Source of the DNA: Octopus bimaculoides
Lineage: Eukaryota
Reading direction: 5' to 3'
Assembly (NCBI RefSeq): GCF_001194135.2
Contig: NC_068984.1
Span: 81,203,177-81,266,914, forward strand
DNA length: 63,738 nt
Shown in pieces: positions 38,551 through 51,562 of the stretch. The position numbers and the translations under genes are program-made. How positions within the stretch are numbered: position 1 is the stretch's first letter; each line of letters opens with the position of its first letter. The notes beneath the pieces were generated by a model, which did not search any database, was not told the DNA's origin, and saw only the letters and a program-made list of their open reading frames with translations.

Positions 38551-39621
38551 AAACATTTAAATATGTTGGATTCTTAATAATAATAAAATAACCACTTGTT
38601 TAATCTCAAGGGTATTACTTTAACTGGGTCATATAGTATATATGTACACATATCGGAGAGAGTTGAGAGTAACATTTAAGACTCTGCATCATTGATTTAA
38701 TTACAGTTTTCCCATGATGACAGTGCTGTCATCGCTTGCAGTGATCCTTTGTCATCTCATTTGTTGAGACTCAGCAATTTCAGTTTCAAAACTGACATCA
38801 CCAACTCTTGCCACCTATTTCCCAATCTCCTTTCTCCTGTGGATACCTACCAACCTACTAACCTACCTAGCCTCGACAAACAGCACATGGCACCGCACTG
38901 TTTCATCTGGTATCCATTATCCATTTGCATCACATGTTCATACCAGCAAAGTCCTCACTCTTGCCTTGCTTTTGCACAGAAAGAAAAAAAAAATGTGTTG
39001 CCAAGTAAGAGAGAGAAAAAAAAAAGAAAAAGAAAAAAACTCCCTGCACTTCTTCCACTCATTTCTTACTCTCTAACAGCAGTTCTTAAACTTCTTTAAC
39101 TTGTAGTGCACTCTAGAGGAAATAAATACTTTGGCACACTTTGTGCATAAAGGTATTTATATATTTTAGCCTATAAATAGTTTAATCTGGAGAAAGTTAC
39201 TAAATACCATTTTTTTTTATCCAATACATGAAATAGAGAATTTCACTTGTACATTTCCCATTTTTTTAAGACATAATTTTTGTTATTTTCACAGCATACC
39301 ACTGTACAATAATGCAACATTTGGCAGCCACTATTTTATAGTGCAGGTGTGGTGGCATGGTTGAGAAGTTTATTTTCAGATCATATTGCTTCAGGTTCAG
39401 TCCCACTATGCAGACCCTTGGGCAAGTGTCTTTTACTAGAGTTCTGGGCTGATCAAAGCCCTGCGAGTGGATTTGGTAGATGGAAACTGAAAGAAACCTG
39501 ATATTGTGTAGCAGTTGTATAAATGAATGTTGCTGTTCTATCTTTTATGTGTTTTAGACTGCAGCCATGCTGGGGCACCACCCTGAATAATATTCTTAGT
39601 CTAATGTATCAACCCCAGCAA

Positions 39622-39940
39622 TTATTACCTCCACCAAGGAAGGAGGTTATGTTTTCACTGGCGTTGGTTTGTCTGTCTGTGTGCAAAATAACTCAAAAAG
39701 TTGCGAACAGTATTTGATGAAACTTGCAGGAAAAGCTGGTAATGACACAAGGAACAGATGATGAAATTTTGGTAGTGATCTAGGAATTTTTATGGATTCT
39801 TGAAGTATTTTTCATTTGTTATATTTACTTTACATGAAGTATTACAATGTTACGTTCTTTGATTATCTCTTTTGAAAATACGTTCATCATTTCCACTTAA
39901 CCTATGGTGGTGTTGCTGTTTCCAAAGTTTATTTTCGTTT
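39622..39940 (+). mobile_element. Second HINE copy, inverted relative to 35044-35374 and lacking the terminal hairpin
   Basis: TTATTACCTCCACCAAGGAAGGAGGTTATGTTTTC...TCCAAAGTTTATTTTCGTTT matches the reverse complement of copy 1. Confidence 0.75.
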
Positions 39941-41857
39941 CTCTCTTAGGAAAAACAGATTATACATCTATCCACTCAATCAAAGCAATTTTAAGCTTAA
40001 ACAACAATCATAATACTTTCAAGCCAAGGGAGACTCTGCATCAGGCACAGGCAACCTTTTCTGAGAAGCGAGCCACATAACACATGACTTAGCATCAGGT
40101 GGGCTTTGCACTACTAAAATATCAAGAAAATTCTCCTGTTAGGTGTGCAATTCAGAAAAAGTCCCATGAGCTTCAAGTTGGTCATGACTGCTCTACATGG
40201 TCACTCAGCCAGCAAGATATAGCAGCCAAATTTCCCTCAATTCACACACTCTGGTATCTTTAAAAATGGAAGGGCAAGCTGGATAATCCTTCCAACTCAC
40301 GGTACAAGGCCTGAGATTTTTGGGGAAGGGGACATCGAGCCCCGAGTGGATGAAAGGTAAAGTCGACCTTGGCAGAATTTGAACTCAGAAAGTAACGCTG
40401 GGCAAAATACTGGCAAGCATTTTGCCCAGCATGCTAATGATTCTGCCAGCTCGCTGCCTTTGGAGGGACAAGCTGGATAATGTCAATTTAGAATGCTTTT
40501 GATTATAGGTTTATATATTCAGGTTGACCTCGAGCTAATTAGCAGCAAGAAACAAGAAATACTATACTACCACTGCCACCACCACTACCACTGCTTACTC
40601 CTCCAGGGCAACAGAATTCAGTTTTGTTTCTGCTGATTTTCTGAAAAATTTACTCTTTACAATCCTATTTCTATCTCCATTTTGTTTCTCAAATAGTAAA
40701 TGGTAAATTTAAACATATATTCCATTTTGTGGATTTAGTCAGCAGTTAAATCAACAAGCTTTTTATACTCTATTTACATTACTGTCTCTTAATAACTTTA
40801 TTATTATTAGACAAACACAAACATGCACACATACATACATAGACATATTTGCATCCGTATTACAATACACACATATACACAAATGTGTGTGTATATATAT
40901 ATATATAAACATACATACATACATACAAATATTCACACACACACATACATACACACAAACACACGCTTGATTTTCAGTTTCTGGTTACTAATCCGCTCAC
41001 AAGGTTTTGGTAGGCCCAGGACTATAGTCAAAGACATTTGCCTGGGATGTTATATTGTAGGATTGAACTCAAAAGCATTCAGGAAGCACTTCTCTTAAAA
41101 CAGCTATGCCTGACCTATAAATACATATCCTTTGTTTCAGTCATTTCTCATGGCAGCCATGCTGGGGCACCACCTTGAAGGGTTTTAGTCAAACAAATCA
41201 ACCCCAGGACTTTTTAAACCAGTGGACTGAACCCGGAATCATATGGTTTTGGGAAACCAGCTTCTTACCACACATACACATACACAGATACAGACACATA
41301 CATACACGTCTACAAAGATTATATGCACATAAATATATATCATATGCATACACTTAATATGAATATAAAGCACCAATATAAAATATATTTGAGAGTTCAG
41401 AAGAAACCAAATGTGCACCTATTGCCTAGTAATAAAAACAAGTTCTGATCACATATAGAAAATGCTTTAACCGCAAACAAATGTTCTGTTACAATTATTT
41501 CAAAGCACACAACAGAAAGGACAATACCCTGTTAAGATGCCAAAGAAATCTCTCAATAGGTGCAGGCATTACTGTGTGGCAAGGAACTTGCTTCCCAACC
41601 ACATGGTTCTGTGTTCAATCCACTGTGTGGACTGTGGGAAGGACTGGGGTTTAAGTTTGACTAAAACCCTTCAAGGTGGTGCCTTAGCACGGCTGCAGTC
41701 CAATGAGTGAAAACAGGTGAAAGAAAAATAAAAGGTAAGATAGTATGATCCCATCTAAGAACAACTTTGATCGTAAATCAGTTTGATCAGTGTCTAAACA
41801 ACAAGAACAATAACTATAACCACTGTTACATATGTTCCCAAGTAGAATGAAACTGAC

Positions 41858-41893
<36 letters not shown>

Positions 41894-43164
41894 GGGGGAG
41901 TAGTGCATAAGAGCAAGTTTCTGTTGGTAAATCTTGCAATGCAAATGAAATGAACTGCTTTGTGAGTTTTGAGACATTTGTGGATATGGTGTGTGTGATT
42001 GTGAGTAAGACAATTTGATTAGCTAGCAAAACAATTTACTGACATTCAATCTCCTATGGTAGTATAACCATTGGAGAAATGATGTGAGTGAATTTTATAA
42101 GAATCCAAATCTGAATAAATAAAAAAGCAAATCTCCTGCAATCCTAACAAGTCAATTAAATTAACCAGCATTCATAAATGATGACACAGCAAAATTGCAA
42201 AATGTGCATAAGAGAAGTTGTTTTTTTCTTATCACAGCTGTCGCACTCATATTATATAAGGAGGAAGTGCAGGAGGCAGAGGAAGGGAAAAGGAGGAGAA
42301 GCCAAAGCTATTTGATATCAGAATTTCAAATGGGAAGGAAAAATAAGATTTTCTTTATAATAAAGTGAGATGAATAATTTTCCAAAAACTTATCCTCTTG
42401 GAAGTATCTGTTTCATGGAAAGAGTTTTCCAAATACCTAAACTACTCAGCTTGGAATAAGGGGATAGTTGTGTTCCATCAGATTGATCTCACAGTGTGGC
42501 ACTGAATACAAGTCTTTCTTTTACCATCAATAACTCTAGGTTGACCAATTGTATGAACCTGAAATATGGCAGCCAGAAACTGTGCCAAAAGCTGTCATGT
42601 GTACATGCATGAGTGTGTGAATGTGGGTCTGTCTATCTGTCTGTCTGTCTATCTAGCTATTCTAACAAATATAATATATAATCAATACAACCATATACAA
42701 TCAATATATCGATAGATAATCAATACAGCTATATATTTATTACTGAAGCATTGTTTTACAGCTGAATGCCTTTCTTGTCACAATCCTTAATCAGTTTTTT
42801 TTCCAGCTGGGAATTCTCAGTCTACATACTGTCAAAGAAGAGGCCAACTGATAATTTGTTGGCAGGGAAATGATAAAGCCACAACCTGTACTTCTATGGC
42901 TTTCAGAGAAGTACAAATATAAACTAAGTTGTGCAATGCATACACACACACATAAAATATATATATACATATATAATCATCATCATCGTGTATACACACA
43001 CACACAAGCTTCTTTCAGTTCATCAAATTTACTCAAAAGGCTTTGGTTGGCACAGGACTCTTGTAAAAGACACATGCCCAAGGTGCCATACAGTAGAACT
43101 GAAACGCACGTGCTTGGAAAATGAACTTCTTAACAATACAGCCATGTCTGTTTGTGCAAGCTTA

Positions 43165-43197
<33 letters not shown>

Positions 43198-43493
43198 TTC
43201 ATTGGTATATATTGGTAAGAAAACAGATATACCAATATGTTTAACCACCCTTCAAGTCTCAGTGAGCCTATGATTGGCTAGGTAACTTACCGATGTTATT
43301 AATTTTCACAAAATACATGATATAAAATAAATACAGTGATAACAACAAAGAATACTATCTATTATCAAGCTGGCTTTAACTTTTGATAATAAGTGTAGCA
43401 GTAAACCCTTTGTGTCTAAGTGTTGTTATCAGATGTAGGATATTCTTCAGAGGAGCTTGAAACAGATTTGAGCATCTAATCCCTCTTGGTACA

Positions 43494-43850
43494 AGGTGTG
43501 GCTGTGTGGTAAGAACTTAGCTTCCCAACTACATGGTTCCAGGTTCAATCCCACTGTAAGACATCTTGGGCAAAGCCTTGAGTGGATTTGGAAGACGGAA
43601 ACTGAAAGAAGCTTGTCGTATATGTGTGTGCATGTATGTCTCTGTGTCTGTGTTTGTTATCCCATCACTGCTTGACAACTGGTGTTGGTGTGTTTACATC
43701 CCCGTAACTTAGCAGTTCAGCAAAAAAATCAATAGAATAAGTATTAGGCTTAAAAAATAAGTACTGAGATTGAGTCATTTAACTAAAGATTCAAGGCAGT
43801 GCTCCAGCATGGCTACAGTCAAATGACTGAAACAAGTAAAAGAATAAAAG
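43494..43850 (+). mobile_element. Abundant tRNA/CORE-like SINE copy
   Basis: GGTGTGGCTGTGTGGTAAGAA...CCCAACTACATGGTTCCAGGTTCAATCCC...GACTGAAACAAGTAAAAGAATAAAAG. Confidence 0.8.
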
Positions 43851-44249
43851 CCTGAGGAGGAGAGAGGTATGAGAAGAAGAGAAAGGACCCAATGTATATA
43901 GCCTGAAAGATTTTACCCTTCACTCTTCAGATTACTCTCTTAAATGTAATCCTTATTTATTCACATTGCTTAGAATTAATCCTGCATTATCTTGTAGTTT
44001 TGAGATTTGAATGATGCAATTGTTTATTTTCAGTACGACATTGTAGGGTAGGTGTGAGAGGCCAGATGAGGCCTGTTTGAGCATAAAATAAGTAGAAAAG
44101 CTTGGCCAGATATGGCCAGTTTACATACGATAGGATTTAAATATTCCTTATATTGAGAAGCGGTAGGGAAAGGGTCAGCTATGTATCCCCACTTCCTATG
44201 AACTACTTCTAACTTCTTTATCACCATTTCCATCAATCTCTCTTGAAGT

Positions 44250-44812
44250 GGATCTTTTTTAAAACGGGGGCCACATTTTTCATTAACAAAACACTTTGAA
44301 ACTTGGAACACTGATAGAATGTGTCATATAAAACATCTTTTTCTCTTAGTCTTCTTAAAAAAAAAAAGAAATCCATAAATTATTCCATGTTAAAGTTGTC
44401 GTATTTCTGTAATTTCAACCAATCACTGACGTCCATTCAGCCGATATACATTAAGTGCCAACTACATAAACAAACGATTCTGAAACAATTAACCCTAACC
44501 CTAACCCTACGGTTAGGGTTAAAGCAAATTTAAAATGAAAAAAACAAATAAAACGAAGGTATGGAGATTAAATACGCTTTACATCGCTTAATCAGCCAAA
44601 GGAGTAAATATAAACAACTGAATACTTGTCAGTGATTGGTTGAAATTATCGAAATAAGACAATTTTTTACATGAAATAAATTCGAATACAAAAATATTTT
44701 TCTGTTCTATAACACAAAATAGATAAGTATACGAAGTTTGAAAGTCTTTCGGTACCAAAAACACTACGTAAAACATTAATGAAAAATGTGGCCCCCGTTT
44801 TAAAAAAGATCC
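44250..44812. mobile_element. 563-bp MITE with perfect 37-bp TIRs and 8-bp TSD (Merlin/IS1016-like by GG...CC ends)
   Basis: [40 protein letters not shown] at 44250-44286, and its reverse complement at 44776-44812. TSD CTTGAAGT at 44242-49 and 44813-20. Confidence 0.85.
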
Positions 44813-45746
44813 CTTGAAGTTATACGAACTCAGCATGGTTGATGAAGGACAAGAAGGATAAATACTATGGGTTATTCAAACACAAAGTTATTTTGACCTT
44901 GTTTGAAATTATATATATAAATTCTATATGTATTATATATGTGAGATTATGAATCATCTCCTGTGCACCTTAGTTAATGTCTGACGTTAGTACCCTCAAT
45001 ATACGTCATTCTGAATGGCAACCACACCGGTTAAGACTGATTTTGAGGGAGGGAAATAAAATTTCCCACAGTACAGTTGACCTCTATTTCGTTTGTTACT
45101 GTTGTAACACCTCCACTTTTCTGCGTAAGATTATTCTGGTTGTTTTGACGTTAGTCAACTCTGATGAAGTTCATACACCTATGATCAAAAGGTATTGTTG
45201 CTCTGACCACTATGTTTTATCTATTTCAACCACAATGTGCTTAGGATTGCTTTATCCAATGTATTCGTCCCTTTGTATCTTCTAAGAAAGTAGACTGTCA
45301 TTTATGGGCGATTCGGCTGCTATTTCTAGTATGTTGAGAGACCATATAGTGAAGCCATTGCAGACACAAAAAAGCTTAGTAGTGCATCAAAGAAATACTT
45401 CTTTCTGCTTCTTACAGAGAAATAAACCACAACTCCCTCAATAATACACATTTTAGCTCCAAGGAAGGGCATTCCATTTCAAAGTCACTTGCCTGAACAT
45501 GGGTGAGGTATGGACAGAGCTCTCTGCAAGTGTGTCACAAAGCACTTTAGTACTTCTACAAATAAAATGTTTAAAACACAAGCATATAGGACATTTTGAT
45601 AAGTAGATTATCTCCCTTGGCTAGATGGCTCTCCATGCAGACAATTCTATTTCCATGGACTACCCACGCCATTGTTGTGTGTCATGTCATATCATGAATA
45701 TTAAGCGACTCGAGTTAAAGAATAATTTGTGATTACATGATGATGA

Positions 45747-45784
<38 letters not shown>

Positions 45785-46050
45785 TCTCTGAGTGGTTGGC
45801 GTTAGGAAGGGCATCCAGCTGTAGAAACTCTGCCAAATCAGACTGGAGCCTGGTGTTGCCATAAATCGTCCAACCCATGCTAGCATGGAAAGCGGACGTT
45901 AAACGATGATGATGATGATGATGATGGACAGTATGTTACTGGAAAAAAGGCAGATTTGGTTAAAAGGTATTAAAATTCCTTTCATAATGAACTAAATGAA
46001 TGTCAATGAATTAGAAATCAACAGATGAGAAGTGTACTTCAGACTGGAAT

Positions 46051-46401
46051 AAGCAGAAACTTGTATGTCCTCTCAGTGAAGTTTTACTTGATCCTAATGT
46101 GCTGGAATCAGATTGGACTAAAGATCTTCATAAGTTGCCGAATTTTACAGATAATGACGTTTACAACTGCCTCATGCTACTGATGAAGGCAAAGCAACAG
46201 TTAAGGAGTAGCATATATTACCATGACAGACACGTCCACAACATTGAATATTACGATGTTACCAAAAACTACTCTCACTCCATTGTCCATTGCCTGGTAA
46301 TCCCGTCAATACCAACATCTAACAAAAAGAACAATCCTGATCACAGAGTGTGAAAGGTCACTGGCAATGTGCATTCAGCTGATTGCAACTGCACTGCAGG
46401 G
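46051..46401 (+). pseudogene. SWIM zinc-finger (YqaJ-associated) transposon protein fragment
   Basis: LLDPNVLESDWTKDLHKLPNFTDNDVYNCL...HDRHVHNIEY...CLVIPS...RV*KVTGNVHSADCNCTAG. The end matches the SWIM entry motif G.V.SA.CxCxAG, and there is an in-frame stop at 46351-53. Confidence 0.6.
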
Positions 46402-46598
46402 AAAGAGCCCGTTTAATTACTTTAACAGTTTTCCCTTGTATAATAAATTGTATTTTTTATGGATGTAAGTAAACAAATGTATAATTAAAACAATAAATAA
46501 TAAATAAATGAAACTTAATTTTGAATATTTTTTTTTTATCCCTATCATATTTATCAAATACAAATGCACAGTCGCATAAACATATCTCTGAAGTTTAT

Positions 46599-46848
46599 CT
46601 AATAAACCGATGGCAGGGGATGATCTGTCGATGGTCCATTAGAATTGACAAAATGCTGGAAGCAAATCTGGCTATTTGCAGTGTAAACGAAGTCTTTCCT
46701 CCCAAGTTTCAATCTCTGAAGCCAAATACAACGAATATTGATGTTTGCAGGGTATCTATGAAGTGAAATAACTTTGCTGTCTACATTCTTCCCTCTATAA
46801 TTGCTGCATATACAACAGTATTTGCGCGATTTTCTTTGGAGACATCAT
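46599..46848 (-). pseudogene. THAP-domain (C2CH) relic, frameshifted near the start
   Basis: YCCICSNYRGKNVDSKVISLHRYPANINIRCIWLQRLKLGRKDFVYTANSQICFQHFVNSNGPSTDHPLPSVY*. This has C-x2-C-x47-C-x2-H with the conserved P, W, F and an AVPTIF-like PLPSVY. The ATG at 46848 is one base out of frame (A-run). It is absent from the ORF track. Confidence 0.8.
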
Positions 46849-47364
46849 ATTAACCGGTCATACAGCCTGAGTCGGTAGTCCGCGGAAGTAGAAGCAAGTC
46901 TCATATGGGAGAGTTCCAATCAGGGGCGGATAACTACCTTATCAGAATGACCTATACACACATATCTACACAGTTGCTCAAGCAGAAAGAAAATTATTAA
47001 AATACAACACAAAGTAAATATAGGGAACAAAAATGGCAAGAGTAAATTAGTGGAAAAATACTTTTGGCTTTACAAAAGCTCCTAAGACTTTGTATTTTAT
47101 TTTATATATTTTCACTTTAATGAATAGCTTCTTTTAATATTAGATAAAGTTTAGAAAACACAAAGGTCTCAAGATATCTTTTGAGACCTCCCATGAAGTT
47201 TATAACCTTATCTTTTAAGCATGAAGTATAAAATAAATAAAAGCTATCATTATATCAGTAGAAAGACTTAAGAGAGTTGGCTACTTTTCTGTTTTTGTTT
47301 TTTTACCCAGAGCAATGTATCTACAAAGAGTTCAAATTAAAGTCAACCTTTTTTAAGCAGGATT

Positions 47365-47451
<87 letters not shown>

Positions 47452-48059
47452 AATACATATATATATATTTTTAAGGACCAAATCACTCAATGCTTCCAGC
47501 GAAATTTCAACAAAGAAATTATTTTCTTATTCATTTCCTACTGAGATATTGTCATTATTTTTTTATACCAAAGAAATGATGCAGTTTTAATTCTCAGTTT
47601 AGGCAATTTACTTCATTTACTTGCTTGCCATAGTTGTAATTTTTGGCTGCAGTCAATAGCCTGAAAAGGCATGGATGAGAGAGACTGTGCTAGGTTGACT
47701 TGACACTGACACACCGCAGGAAACCTTTGATAACAATCTAAGAAATGAGGTGAGCATTATTATGTAGATGTATTTCTTTTACATTCTCCCTTTTAAATGG
47801 GGTCTGTTTTGAGGAGAGAGAGAGAGGGAATATGTGCGTATGTATGTTGTAGTGGCAGTAATATAGAATAGTACTACAGATAGATATTATTGTGAAGGCA
47901 GTGTATGCCAAACACTGTGACACCTTACCATGGTTCATTTCATGGATTCTAACTCCCTTGCACACTCGCACAAGCACAGATCAGGAGTTGGATTAAATTG
48001 AACCCAGCACTTGAGCAATGGTTTTTATCACCCTTGGTCAATGAGTATTGGTATTGTTA

Positions 48060-48215
48060 ACCAGCTTGGAAGAGTAGTGCGGGCATCAACAAATATATGC
48101 AGGGATGATGTTTGCACTGATATGGACTCAAGATGCAAATGGCTACTAGATGAAAACACAGCATATGCTTTAAGGTTAAGGGTACCAATGAAATAGGAAG
48201 ATTAAGAAAAGAACA
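48060..48215 (+). mobile_element. Degenerate RTE-like LINE fragment
   Basis: *YGLKMQM...KVKGTNEIGRLRK resembles the RTE motif WYGHVxRM...V.G...GRPRK. Confidence 0.3.
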
Positions 48216-51200
48216 GGAAGAAGTAGTAAGGCGAATTCAATTTCAATGGGAGCTGTTGACAACTGAGATACACTAAGGAGGGATTAGTGGAATAAATTAA
48301 TAATAGGATTACTTAATCAACTTCAAAAGGAAGAAAGGCAAAAACTGACTTTGGTGAGATTACAGCTCAAAATATAAGAATTGATAGAAATACTGCAAGG
48401 CATACACTTCTAAGGGTTTTGACAATCCACTACCTCGATGATGATGACAACATCAGTAACAACTGTTTTTATGTAAGCACAAGGCCTTGAGAATGGAAGA
48501 GCAAATTATAAGGACTCATTTATCTGTCTGGTGCTTACTTCATTAATCTCAGAAAATGAAAGGTAAAGTCCACTGAAGCATGACACTTTCGCAGGATATA
48601 ATTATGGCAAAAAAAATTTTGCTGGTCATCATAACAACAACAACAATAAATGGATAGATAAATACACATGCACACATGTAGGAGAAAGCCTCTAGGAAGT
48701 CACTCAATTATTACCTGGTAGAAATACCAGTTAAATCACCTATGTTGTAAAAAATAAATGGAAGAAAACTCTCCTATGTCTTATTCATCCTGCCTTGGTT
48801 TTGCAGTCCTTTTCCTCAATATATACCTGCTAATTTGGAAGCCTACTATGGATCCCTAGCTCCAGCCTCAGCTGCAAACTAGGAACCTAAAAAACCCTCA
48901 TATTCTATATGTATATGTACACACAAACACACGCAGAAAAATGAGGTGAAACATTTCCTTGACTTTGTGGTGGGAGTCTCTTGTAGGCAAGGGAAGATTC
49001 AACTAATGGAAGACTTATGTCGTACATATTTAAACAAACTATTCTGAAAATCAGGCAATACCCATAGCCTGTAATAAGAATCAAGGCCTGAGCTGAATGA
49101 CACAGTAGATCAAAAGAGTTGGTGAACTGAGGTAACAATATAAAATGTTGGACTTCAAGACAAAGAAATGCAACCAGCTGGTCTGGACTCATGGACCTAT
49201 GTCTTAACTATCCAGTGTCTTATTCATTTGACTACATTGCTTTTATCCACACACAAGGATGGATAAAATAGCACCAATACAGAGCAACAAGGTAGCTTCT
49301 ATGTTATCACTCAACTCAGTAAAGATTGCAACTAAATTTCCTTTAAATTATATCCTGCCATCTTAAAAAAAAAGAAAAAAGAAAAGAGCACATTGGATAA
49401 TGTAGTCATAAAATATAAACAGCTTGAAAAAAGATGGGATGGTCATAGCTATAGCTAGAATGCATATGATCATAGATCTGCTCAATTAAATTTCTGCCTT
49501 GATCATTGGCTAATATATACGGGTGTAAATAAATGTCTCAAGGTAGTTTGTCAATTCATCTGAGGATCCTCTCCTTAAGATTCATATATACATACAAATG
49601 TATGCATGATCATCACCATCATCATCATCATACAATTTACTGTATATATATGTATATGTGTGCATATACCCACCCACACACATTAATTTGTATTAGTTTC
49701 TACCTACTATAAGTGGAATTCTTTTGCATTTTTTTTTTTTACACCAGCATGACATTCCTATTGCTGAAAGATAAAGCAATCATGTGAGAGTCAACAGTTT
49801 GGAACACTCTGGAGCACTTTGGGGGCCATATCATGCTTATCATTATGTGCCCTTAGTATTTATTCGAGTACTCACGTTTGCTCGTTTCCTGGCTTGCCTT
49901 ATCTAAACTTAAGCCAGAGAACAACTGATTAGAAGAGCAATAGCTAATTGTTTAATGGCTAAAACATATTTCATTATTCCCTGATATATGTGTTTGCTAC
50001 AATATATTTAAGAGATATCAAGCTTACTCAGAGAGTCAATGTTGATGATGTTTATTAAAGAATGTAGTTAAAAAGAGAAAATAACTTCTTTATATCTTAA
50101 ATCAACAATTAGAATGCTAATTCTGCAGGATGCATGCTTGATTGTAGTGAACCTTTTACCAATTCTCTACTAGATTAGCCACTCTCTCCAAAATTACTGT
50201 GCAAATAAATATATATATTTATATATTATATATAATAGGTGCAGGTGTGGTTAAGTGGTTCAGAAGCTTGCTTCTCAACTATGTGGTCTTGAGCTCAATC
50301 CCAGTGCACACCTTGGGCAACTGTTTTCAACCATAGCCCTGGGCTAGCCAAAGCCTTGTGAATGGAATAAGTATACAAAAACTAAAAGAAGCCTGTCAAT
50401 ACACACACACACACATTTATATAAAATGTGCATGTGTGTGTGTATATCCTTGTCTTGATATCATGTTGTAAACAACCATCACTACTGCTGTACAAACGAT
50501 GTTGTTCTTTTCCAGTCTTCTGTGAAAGATATGTCTGGCCATGAGAAATATTACCTTGCTTAGAAATAGTGAAGGTTGGCGTCATGAAAGACCCCAAGCT
50601 GAAGAAAATCTGACTTAACAAATTCCATCTGACTCATATAAGCATGGAAAATTGGATGTTAAATGATGATGATATACAGATATGCGTATGTGTGCTCATA
50701 TAGTGTATGTATGTACATTTTATAGAATTACATAATTCTTTAGTTGCATGCATCGTTTGCTGTAAACACATTTAATATTGATATTTAGGAAGAGTGTGTG
50801 CGTGTGTGTGTATTTTTGTTTGTGGATTGTTGATTTAGAGCAGTTTTTCTCATTCATTCTTGTCCCATGTCATGCTAAAAAAAAAATAAAGTAGCCTTAA
50901 ACACACAGTTAGCACACACACACACACACACAAAAACGAAGTCTTAAAACTTCATTAAACCATAATATCAAAAGGCACTGCAGGACCACTCTCAGTTTCT
51001 TTCTCATTTTTTGCACATCACATAGTCACAAGACAACACAGGATCTTAAAACAATATATATGTCTTTAAAGGTCTGTAAAAGAAAGTTTTAATTTTAAAA
51101 ACTTTATAAAAATGTAACAAAATTAATTTGAGAAAAAAGATAATATAACTGAAGTGAGTTGCAATTTTATGATTCTAAGAGATGCTCTTTACATGTATAT

Positions 51201-51562
51201 AGTATATTTGTGCATGAACACACATGCACGTATGCATATACAAATATATACACATGCACACACAAATAAATATACATAAAAAAATACTTGTAATATTTAT
51301 GTAAATATTGTTTGTGTGCATGCATGCCTGTGAGTCAGGGTCTGTACACACTCACACACATATATTACATACTTGCAATATTTTTTATTTACTCTTTTAC
51401 ATCGTTTTCCTTGTGTTTTTGGCAAAACAAAATGCTTTCTTTGTTGATGCAATAGCTTTTACAGCTGGATGCCTCTCCTTCAGCTAACCACTGAATTGGA
51501 ACTAATGGAGAGAGCACCCCACACATAATACACACACATACATGTATACACATACACACATA

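Larger units (their letters stand above)
45003..46953. mobile_element. Putative ISL2EU/Harbinger-group deletion derivative carrying THAP and SWIM relics
   Basis: The ends AT|ACGTCATTCTGA and TCAGAATGACCT|AT form a 12-bp IR with one mismatch and an AT flank. Convergent THAP (-) and SWIM-like (+) relics lie inside. The boundaries are tentative. Confidence 0.45.

Noticed and set aside
41684-42013. 109-aa minus-strand ORF with an S/Q/H-rich start, a possible upstream coding exon
   Set aside because: No donor site; it runs into (CT)n/(CTAT)n microsatellite and SINE sequence.
45140-45200. Hammerhead-ribozyme-like CTGATGA between two small hairpins (TTGAC/GTCAA, TCATA/TATGA)
   Set aside because: The GAAA core reads CAAAA, stem I does not abut the core, and no stem III pairs. 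At best a dead relic.
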